From Octopus vulgaris (Eukaryota): a DNA stretch of 64,000 nt. The notes under the pieces are model-generated. The model was given only the letters and a program-made list of their open reading frames with translations, ran no database searches and had not been told where the DNA came from. Below, in pieces: positions 53,518 through 64,000 of this stretch (within the stretch, counting starts at the first letter, position 1; the number at the start of each line of letters is the position of its first letter). The position numbers and the translations under genes are program-made. Location: contig OX597834.1 of assembly GCA_951406725.2 (NCBI GenBank), positions 16,182,001-16,246,000 of the forward strand, in the 5' to 3' direction.

Positions 53518-54135
53518 ACACAGTATAAAGATATGAGATCTTTTCGGTTTGAACAGCAGTTTTTTCTAGCGGTGTCATATGAAATTGTCACCCATAATAA
53601 TGACCCTAGAATCGATCTATTGCATTTCTTTTAGGGTTAGGGTTAGTGGGGAAGGGTATCTTTTTTTCTTCACAAATGTAAATAAACCCAATCTGTTTCT
53701 TAAGCGAGGGACATATTCATACGGCACAGAATGCTTTTTAACTCAATGGACGTCATCGGTTGGTTGAAATTGAAGAAAAAAACAACAAATATCTTACAAA
53801 CTATAGAATTTTCTCAATTAAAGCCAAGAGAAAAAGATGTTTTATAAACACATTCTACCAGTATACGAAGTTTAAAATTTTTTAGTTACCTAGAAATTAT
53901 GTTAAAAACTGCCGTTCGAACTGAAAAGATCCAAGATATGAGCTACTGACATTTTCTTGTTGTGAAGACATGTATCTAGGTAGGTTTTTTTCTTAACACG
54001 CCTTGTGTCACCAAGCAACCTTCAGGCTCTGAGCATACAGACCATGTACTCAGAGCATGTTATAAAAACTTACCTAGACACATGTCTTCACAGCAAGGAA
54101 CTGTTAGTAGATTGTATCTTTATACTGAGTGCATT
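53518..54135. mobile_element. Foldback/MITE-like host element (~70-bp inverted arms) interrupted by the 53536 MITE; partial duplicate at 54603-54725
   Basis: CAGTATAAAGATA..GTGAAGACATGTATCTAGGTAGGTTTTT is mirrored by AAAAACTTACCTAGACACATGTCTTCAC..TATCTTTATACTG. Confidence 0.7.
53536..53932. mobile_element. MITE with ~29-bp TIRs and 8-bp TSD, containing an internal (TTAGGG) tract
   Basis: TIRs AGATCTTTTCGGTTTGAACAGCAGTTTTT / AAAAACTGCCGTTCGAACTGAAAAGATCC. TSD AAGATATG at 53528-53535 and 53933-53940. An empty-site paralog lies at about 54605-54630. Confidence 0.9.
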
Positions 54136-54185
54136 AAATATTTATCTCTCACTAGATGGAGTACTGTTTTCATTGACCTTACCTT

Positions 54186-54222
<37 letters not shown>

Positions 54223-54227
54223 GTATA

Positions 54228-54265
<38 letters not shown>

Positions 54266-54517
54266 TGAACTTTAAGTTAGTTAAAATAAATATGTTAGTG
54301 ACATATTTTCACTTCTAAAGGCAAATTCACTGCAGTTACTGTTGAGAAAAAAATCCTGCTTATGGTAAAAGATGTAAAATCACCTTTCTACCATAAGAGA
54401 GAAACTTTTCTCTACACCAACTGCAGTGCAATCGCCTTTAGTTGAAATATGCCACAAACATATTTTATCTAAACTAAAGTTTGTTTATGCCTGATCACTG
54501 CTTAGCACTAATATCAA

Positions 54518-54557
<40 letters not shown>

Positions 54558-54874
54558 CATATATATATATATATTTAAAATTTTCTTGAGAACATTCTTT
54601 TGTACACAGTATAAAGATATGAGCTACTGACATTTAAACTTGCTGCGAAGACATGTATCTAGGTATGTTTTTTTTTTAAAACACCTTGTATCACCAAGCA
54701 ATCCTGAGGCTCTGAGCATACAGATATATATATATATATATATATAAATTTAAAATTTTCTTGAGAACATTCTTTTATTAGTGGTAAGACCATAGGGGAT
54801 CGACTTCTAACATAATGGATGTCCACTTAGTGGTCATCCCTCTTATATGTTTATATATATATATATATATATGC

Positions 54875-54910
<36 letters not shown>

Positions 54911-55030
54911 AGAGGATATGAGGAATTTTCATCAGAATTACTCAAGCTAATCGGTATGCATTCTCTACTATTTTCTACTATTTCTGTTATTTACTGCTAC
55001 TATTTTTTTACCAAACCCTTATATTATTAA

Positions 55031-55078
<48 letters not shown>

Positions 55079-55366
55079 TGCACACATACACACACACATC
55101 ATGGGCTTCTTTCAGTTTCTGTCTACAAAATCTACACACAAGGCTTTGGTCAACCTGAGGTTAAAGTAGCCACACAGTGGGACTGAACCTGAAACCATAT
55201 GGTTGGCAAGCAAACCTCTTAACCACCATGCCCATGCCAAAACAGTACATCTCACCAAGCTTGTTCTTGTAGTTATCCAAGACTGATCCTGCGTCCCTTA
55301 ATTCGAGGACACATACACAGCATTTCCTGTATGTCATAGGAGATGATGAAAAAGGTGAGCAGCAAG

Positions 55367-56620
55367 AGATTGAGGGAGATTTAACTACTATTTCCACCGG
55401 GTTGAACAACAATTTAATTAAGGGAGATTTAGCTACCATTTCCAGTAGGTTGATCAACAACGTTACTGAGGGAGATTTAGCTACCATTTCCAGTAGGTTG
55501 ATCAACAAGAATATTATTGAGGGAGATTTAGTTACCATTTCCAGTGGGTCGATCAATAACTTGAGGCAGATTTAGCTACTATTTCCAGGAGGTTGAGCAA
55601 CTATGTAACTGAGGGAAATTTAGCCACTATATCAAGGTAGTTGAACAACAACTTAATCGAGGAAGATTTAGCTACCATTTCCAGTAGGATTATCAGCAAC
55701 AATGCTATTGATGGAGATTTAGCTACCATTTCCAGTAAGCTGAGCAAAAATGTAATTGAGGGAGATTTAGCTACTATTTCCAGTAGTTGGAACAACAACA
55801 ATACAATTGGGGGAGACTTAGCTACTATTTTCAGTAAGCTGAGCAAAAATGTAATTGAGGCAGATTTAGCTAAGATTTCCAGTAGTTGGAACAACAACAT
55901 AATTGAGGGAGATTTAGCTACCATTTCCAGTAGGTTCAACAACAATGTAATTGATGGAGATTTAGCTACCATTTCCAGTAGGTTCAACAACAACGTTACT
56001 GAGGGAGATTTAGCTACCATTTCCAGTAGTTGGAACAACAACAATGCAATTGGAGGAGACTTAGCTACCATTTCCAGTAAGCTGAGCAAAAATGTAATTG
56101 AGGCAAATTTAGCTACCATTTCCAGTAGATTCAACAACAACGTAATTGAGGGAGATTTAGCTACCATTTCAAGTAGGTTCAACAACATAATTGAGGGAGA
56201 TTTAGCTACTATTTTCAGTAGGTTCAACAACAACGTAATTGAGGGAGATTTAGCTACTATTTCCAGTAGTTGGAACAACAACAATGCAATTGAGGGAGAC
56301 TTAGCTACCATTTCCAGTAGGTTCAATAACAACGTAATTGAGGGAGATTTAGCTACCATTTCCAGTAGGTTGATCAACAACGTTACTGAGGGAGATTTAG
56401 CTACCATTTCCAGTAAGCTACCATTTCCAGTAGTTGGAACAACAATAATGCAATTGGAGGAGACTTAGCTACCATTTCCAGAAAACAGAGCAAAAATGTA
56501 ATTGAGGCAGACTTAGCTACCATTTCCAGTAGGTTCAACAACAATATAATTGAGGGAGATTTAGCTACCATTTCAAGTAGGTTCAACAACATAATTGAGG
56601 GAGATTTAGCTACAATTTCT
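55367..56620. repeat. 42-48-bp minisatellite, about 27 units
   Basis: GAGGGAGATTTAGCTACCATTTCCAGTAGGTT-(AAC)n-GTAATT repeated. Confidence 0.95.
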
Positions 56621-57056
56621 AGAAGGCAGAGTCACACTGTATTTGAGCAAGAACCAGCTACTATCTCCAGTCAGTTAAATGACATTGCAAGACCTCTCCG
56701 TTAGTCGAGCTTCTACGTAAATATGAACATAGATATGTGCAGAGAACTCCTACCAGTTTCTGTCATTCCATTTACCAAATAATAAATAAATAAAAAAAAA
56801 AATGTAAATAAACGATAAAAACAAATAATTGAATAAAGGGAATAAATAAATAAATAAATAAATTTCCTTTTCAGTTAAGCAATCTATTGAAATTACAACT
56901 TCCGATGATTGATAGATTTACATTATAATCATAAAGAGTATCCAGAGACAGCTAATGTCACTAGAGAGAATAAGCTGTCACCTTATATAGGTAGACACAT
57001 GCACACACACACACACACACACACACAAATACACACATAAATACATACATAAATAC

Positions 57057-57133
<77 letters not shown>

Positions 57134-57136
<3 letters not shown>

Positions 57137-57355
57137 GTGTGCATCTGTGTGTGTGTGTATCATCATCATCATCGTTTAACGTCCACCTTCCATGCTGGCC
57201 TGGGTATATATATATATATACATGCATATATATATATATATATATATATATTATTATGTATGTGTGTGTATGTGTACCTATATATGTATAAATGTATGTT
57301 TCTCTGAGTGCATATACCATATCTATATACATATATATTTATATATATCTATCTA

Positions 57356-57435
<80 letters not shown>

Positions 57436-57664
57436 TATATATAGATAGATATATAGATATGGTATATGCACACAGAGAAACATACATTTATACATATATA
57501 GGTACACGTACACACACATACATAATATATATATATATATATATATGCATGTATATATATATATATATATATGCATGTATATATATATATATACCCAGGC
57601 CAGCATGGAAGGTGGACGTTAAACGATGATGATGATGATACACACACACACCGATGCACACATA
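57134..57664. repeat. ~530-bp inverted duplication centred on TA/TAGA microsatellites
   Basis: A family C tail fragment and adjacent sequence are mirrored on both sides. Confidence 0.9.
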
Positions 57665-57791
57665 CATATGTACACAAATACACACACATGGACATATAAA
57701 TGCACACATATATATATACAGATGCAAAAATACGCACGCTCAAATCAATGCATACACACATATTCATTCATACATGCACACATATATATAA

Positions 57792-57822
<31 letters not shown>

Positions 57823-59525
57823 AACACATATAAGTAAGTATATTTATGTCATACACACACACATACACTTACACATATATTTGACTGGTGTATAGTGAGA
57901 TATACACATATATACATTTATCCATCTCTATCTACATACACACACATACAGACATACAAAAACAGCAACACACACACAGTCTCTCTCTCTCTCTCTCTCT
58001 CTCTCGCTTTCTCTCTCTCCATCTATCCATCTGTCTATCTCTACTAAATGGTTCAACTGTTGACACACAACAACACTGAACTCGGCCTACCTACAAATTA
58101 CATTAGCTCCACAGCTCCATACTCGGCATTACTGTCTTCGCTGGCTTTTAACGCACTCTCTCTCACAGACATTTTCCTTCAATAAGTCCATTCATCGTGC
58201 ACTTTGCTGCAGTTAGCTGCACAACAAGCGGGCAGGCGGGAGGGAGGGGAGGAGGAGGGGAATCAATAACCGAGGGGAGTGGGGCGGGGGAGGGGTTGAA
58301 ATAAAAATAAAAAATAAAAATGCACGACCATCAACCTGTCATTGTCAGTATAGGAAAATGAGCGTAGAACTGAACGGGCAAGATGAGGAGGCTGGAGAGA
58401 TGGAGAGGATGGGGGTGCAAGTGAAACAGAAAGAAAATAAAAACAAATAAATAAATAAATAAGTAAATATGTAAAATAATGAAAAATGCAGGGCAAGGCT
58501 TAGTGGAACGAGAAGATGGAATGGAAATTGTGTGGCTGGATGGGTTGATGGATGGAGGAACGGATGGATGGATGGATGGATGGATGGATGGCTAGAAAGG
58601 AAGGTGAGGTTGTTTAGGGGAATATTTTAGTGAAAACAACTGTTTTTACATGTGTGTGTGTGTGCATGTGTACACGTGTGTGTGCATGTGTACATGTGTG
58701 TGTGTGCATGTGTACACGTGTGTGTGCATGTGTACATGTGTGTGTGCTTGTGTACACGTGTGTGTGTGCATGTGTACACGTGTGTGTGTATGTGCATGTG
58801 TACACGTGTGTGTGTGTGCATGTGTGTATGTGTACACGTGTGTGTGTGCGCATGTGTACACGTGTGCATGTGTGCATGTGTACATGTGTGTGTGTGTACA
58901 CATGTGCGTATGCATGTGATTGCATTTGTGTGTAGGTGTCCATCTGCATTTGCAGGTGAATTTCTGAAGATAAATATGTGCACATTTCCTTGTGTTGTAC
59001 ATCAGTATGCATGCATTCATGTATGTATGTATGTATGTATGTATGTATGTATGTATGTATATGAAATGTGCATGCTGAAATTTAAATTTTATAATATATA
59101 AGTGTTTATATATTTCCTCATAGGGGTGTATGCTTATGCAAATACATAACGCACACATACACACACACTCACGCATATAGTCATAAATAAACATACATAT
59201 TCATAAATAAATATGTTCATAAGTAAATAAATGTATATACAATGAACACATACACATGTGTGTGTGTATATATATATATACATACATATATATATATACA
59301 TATACATACATAAATGTATATATATATACATACATAAATGTATATATATATATATATATACATACATATATGTATATATATATACATACATATATGTATA
59401 TATATATACATACATATACGTATATATATACATACATATATATATATACACATACATATATATATACATATATATACATACATATATATATATATTATAC
59501 GTACATATATATATATATATATATT

Positions 59526-59570
<45 letters not shown>

Positions 59571-59736
59571 CATACATATATATATATATATTATACATAC
59601 ATATATATATACATACATACATATATATATATACACATACATACATATACATACATACATACATACATATATATTCTTGTTGTCCATGGACTTCTCTATG
59701 CAGGAAGATGAAAATTCTAATGCCTTCGCCATCGCC

Positions 59737-59771
<35 letters not shown>

Positions 59772-60649
59772 CCTCCCTCCCTTTCTGCCAGATCTGTTGC
59801 TGTCAGATGGGAAACCAATATTCCATACCAACAACAGTGCCAAAGAAAACAAAACAAAACAAGACAAGACAAGACCCAAAAACAAACAAACAACAACAAC
59901 AACAATAATAAAAGGCCTTTGTCCAAATAGAAACTCTAACTTCTGTAGCATCATGCAGTTAGCTTCATTGCTTTCTTCCTTTCTCTCTCTTCCTCCTCAC
60001 CTTGCTTAATATTGTCTTCAGTGCTTTCTTTGAAGAATGCATGGCAGGTGCAGGGGTGGGGGTGGGGTGGCAGGGAAAGCCGGTAATAGAGAACTCACAG
60101 ATACCTCCATCCATCCATCCATCCCCAAAAAAAAAAAAAATGCTTTTGAAGAAGGAGCAATACAATGATATGATATCATAACAAAGGGGGGGGGAAGAAG
60201 AAAAGAAAAAGTGAAGGTTAAAAGAATTAAAGAAAATGGCAAAAACAAATAATAAAAAAAACACTAAAACAAAGGTAGAAGGGGGGCTAAAAAGAAAGCA
60301 AATGCAGAAATATAAAGTAGCAAACAAACAAACAAAAAAAACATGGAAAAAGGGGATAAAAAAAAAAATTAAAAACAGAAAAAATACAAAACCGAGCAAA
60401 GAAGTGTGACAGAAACATGAGAGAATTCTTGTTCTTGTGGAATCTGAAGAGAATGGAACAAACTTCATGTTTTTGTGATGTTTCAATGCAATCGCTTGTG
60501 TCTTGGGTTCAAGTCCCACACAGGCAGAAGTTTCCTTCCAAGTCACATGGTTTTGGGTTCAGTCCCAATGCATAGTACCCTGGGCTAACCAAAGACCTGT
60601 GGGTATCTTTGGCAGATGGAAACTGAAAGAAGCCCAGAGTGTATTTATA

Positions 60650-60701
<52 letters not shown>

Positions 60702-60839
60702 ATATATATGTATGTATATATATATATATATGCATATATAATTTTATATATATATATATATATTATATATATGTGTATATATATATATATACACATATAT
60801 ATATATACATACATATATATATATATATATACATATATA

Positions 60840-61055
60840 TCACGTGATCATGTGACCGACCAGACCATCAGATGTTGCTACACATCGCTGATCACAATGC
60901 GCTTCGCATTGTTTTAGCCTTCGAACAACGCCACCCCGCTGGCTAAGCGAGCAGGCCAACAGAAGAAAGAGTGAGAGAAAGTTGTGGTTTGGGAATCGAA
61001 ACCGCGATCCTACAACCGTGAGTCCGCTGCCCTAACCACTGGGCCATTGCACCTC

Positions 61056-61060
<5 letters not shown>
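60840..61060 (-). mobile_element. tRNA-derived SINE family D (GTGGAGGTGCAATGGCCCAGTGGTTAG head), internally deleted
   Basis: A-box TGGCCCAGTGG and B-box GTTTCGATTCC. Related heads at 16727, 21028 and 24850. Confidence 0.7.
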
Positions 61061-61099
<39 letters not shown>

Positions 61100-61100
61100 A

Positions 61101-61155
<55 letters not shown>

Positions 61156-61164
61156 ATACATGTA

Positions 61165-61207
<43 letters not shown>

Positions 61208-61799
61208 ATATATATATATATATATGCATGTATATGTATTTCTTTATTGCTCACAGGGGGCTAAACACAGACAGGACAAACAAGGACAGACAAAGGGATT
61301 AAGTCGATTACATTGACCCCAGTGCGTAACTGGTACTTATTTAATTGACCCCGAAAGGATGGAAGGCAAAAATCGACCTCAGCCGAATGTGAACTTAGAA
61401 CATAACAGCAGACGAAATCCTGCTAAGTATTTCACCCGGTGTGCTAACGTTTCTGCCAGCTCACATACATATATGTGTGTGCATGCAACCCTTTGTTTTG
61501 TCCCACCACTACTGCTTGACAACCGGAGTTGGTTTGTTTCCATCCCTGCAACCTAGTGGTTCAGCAAAAGAGACTTATAGGAAGTACCAAACTTATAAGC
61601 ACTTATTATCGTGTGACCAACACTCTAACCACTAAGCCATGTGCTTCCACATTATACTATGTATGGCTAAACCAAAATAGTGGGATAAGACATCAGGGGC
61701 CCCTGACCTCCGAAAAAGAAAATAACCATTTCTGGCAAGGGCCCAGTTCCATGTATGCAAGTCAGGAAAAGTGAAAAAAGGGTTAGGTCGTGAGGTCAT

Positions 61800-62010
61800 G
61801 TCCGCTGACCATAACCCAAATTATGGCATGACCTTTGTTGTAACATTTTGGATGTAGTGTACTGAATAAGTCACCGAATGATGGGATTTGTAAGAGACAA
61901 GACGACCGAGATGAGTTAAGACTGGAAGAGAACTGACTGAAGGTGGTAAGCCAAAGAAACCAAGCTTGTCGTATGTAACATCACGGGTTAAGAATGTCTG
62001 AATGAGAGGA
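61800..62010 (-). mobile_element. Possible highly decayed LINE reverse transcriptase fragment
   Basis: YDKLGFFGLPPS resembles the KL..YG..PS motif of CR1/Jockey-group RT; the rest is heavily degraded. Confidence 0.3.
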
Positions 62011-62321
62011 TTGAGAATGGATGTTTGGATGCTGGGGATTTGGCATTGTTGACAGGACCTTCAGCCAGTTTTGGCAACAATTCTTTTGGACATTGGAAGC
62101 AAACATACCAGACACATACACATGCTATTCAAATCTCCCCACCAGCTCTCTCTCTCTCTCTCTCTCTCGCTCTCTCTCTCTCTCTCACTCTCTCTCTCGC
62201 TCTCTCTCCCTCTCCCTCCAGTTTTTCTGTTCACAGTGCCAAACTTTAAATTCACTGTCAGTTCCATTTTGTCAGAGTCGCAGAAATCCATAATGGTGAA
62301 AATTTTTCAATATTTCAAAAA

Positions 62322-62542
62322 CCCTTTCGTTACCAACCCAGCTGAAACCGGCTCTGGCCCTGAGTGCAAATGTCTTGTTTTCATAGGTTTTGAATTAAAA
62401 TCTTCCACCAAACCTTAGTCATAATTTATGTTCCTAACACTAGCTGAGTGATAACTAAGTTATTTTAATTAAATTCTTTGTTATATTTAAAATTAATTAA
62501 AAGAAAACAGAGCATCTCAAAATAAATACAGTAACGAAAGGG
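62322..62542. mobile_element. piggyBac-type MITE, second family
   Basis: Perfect 12-bp TIR CCCTTTCGTTAC / GTAACGAAAGGG; the right flank is TTAA. Confidence 0.75.
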
Positions 62543-62944
62543 TTAAAAAAAAAAGTTTAGTGATCGAGTGGTTTAATAGCTGTGATTACAAGTGAGTTGT
62601 CAACTAGAATAAAAGCAAAAATTTTCTCAGTGCCAAAAGGTCTTAAGGACAAAGCATTTGGTGTCAAATTAAATCAGTGTCGAAATGGCAATGTCAAATA
62701 GGTCAGGCCAAACAGCTGTGCCAAAATAGCTCATGCCCACCATGCTTTTGCTAATTGTTTTAGGTGCCTATGAGCAGTCATAGACACCATCTGAGTCACA
62801 TCACCCTTGACTCATTGGCACATCCAGGATGTGATAGTAAGAAAAAGGGAGACAGACATTATTAATTACTAATTGAAACCAATCAACGTAAACACTTTCA
62901 CTAGCCATCATATGCATAAAGTGAAGTGGGAAGTTAAACAAGAT

Positions 62945-63002
<58 letters not shown>

Positions 63003-63048
63003 AGTGGTGGTGGTGGTGGCGGTGGTAGTCGTGGTCGTGGTCGTGCTG

Positions 63049-63087
<39 letters not shown>

Positions 63088-63289
63088 TAGAGTTTTGAGT
63101 ATTTTATTAGTTGTGATTGCAAGTTATTAGTCAACTAGAATAAAAACAGAATTATACCAAACGTTTCCAGAGATAAATGGTCTAATGTCAAATCAGTCAG
63201 CCTCAAATCAGTGGCACCAAGGAGGTGGTGCCAAATAAGCAGTGCCAAAACATCTCACAGCCTGAGAATGTACCGGTCGATATCCAGAT

Positions 63290-63480
63290 GATGATGTCGA
63301 TGGATGCCGACGGCTCTATCAAGAAGTTCTGATCTCTCAAAGTTGGTGGAACACGTGGGAGTGGGAGAACCAGGAAAACATGGGATGAAGTACTAAAGGG
63401 CAACTTCGGGAAGAGAAACTTTTCAGGTGAGATGACAAAGGACTAAGATACCTGACACCTGACCATACTCAAGAAGACCT
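63290..63480 (+). mobile_element. RTE-clade LINE 3' fragment followed by a (GAT)n-tailed repeat
   Basis: MDADGSIKKF*SLKVGGTRGSGRTRKTWDEVLK..EMTKD, related to 7690-7895. It runs into a family C 3' region ending in (GAT)n at about 63765. Confidence 0.7.
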
Positions 63481-64000
63481 GTACCCTGCAGCAGAGGTAC
63501 CAAGACCAATCCTGCTGGTGGTGTGAAGCACTCATTGATGGTACCACATAAAAGTGGCTGTGTGATACCATGTAAAGGCACCTTTACAGTGGCACATAAA
63601 AAGCACCCAATACACTCTGTAAAGTGGTTGGCATTAGGAAGGGCATCCAGTCATAATAAACTATGCCAAAGCAGACAATAGAGCAGTTCTCTGGCTTGCC
63701 TTGTTTCTGTCAAACCATCCAACCCATGGAAGACGGGCATTATATAATGATGATGATGATGATGTAGATGTTGGCATGGCTGTGTGCTTAAAAGCTTGTT
63801 TTGCAATCGTGGTTTTGGGCTGTTTTACTGAATGGCATTTTGGGTAAGTGTTCTCTGCTATAGCCCTGGGCAAACTATTTCCTTGTGAGTGAATTTGGTA
63901 GACAGAATTTATGTGCAACTAATTTGGTAGACTGAACTATGTGTATGGGGGGAGGGTCTGTCCTTCTGTCCTTCACCACTTTTACTTGATAACCAGTGTT

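Noticed and set aside
53631-53646. Interstitial telomere or fusion site
   Set aside because: Under three TTAGGG units and internal to a MITE.

Overview
AT-rich, microsatellite- and transposon-saturated eukaryotic DNA. The SINE families and microsatellite load suggest a coleoid cephalopod, probably Octopus (inference). I can support only one host coding exon: 73 nt on the minus strand at 20211-20283, encoding protein kinase subdomain XI and most similar to TAK1/MAP3K7, so most of the window is probably intron. The rest is several SINE families, decayed LINE fragments (CR1, RTE), a Penelope-like ORF remnant, a DD37D maT/mariner fossil, a hAT (Charlie/Buster-type) fossil, Helitron-type and piggyBac-type non-autonomous elements, long palindromes and repeat-derived minisatellites. 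The most notable signal is a repeated element that joins a tRNA-like Pol III head, an (AAT)n spacer and a minimal type I hammerhead ribozyme, often in inverted pairs. A second hammerhead family and Penelope-like palindromes lie nearby. Almost all ORFs in the supplied track are microsatellite artefacts. All alignments and folds were done by eye.
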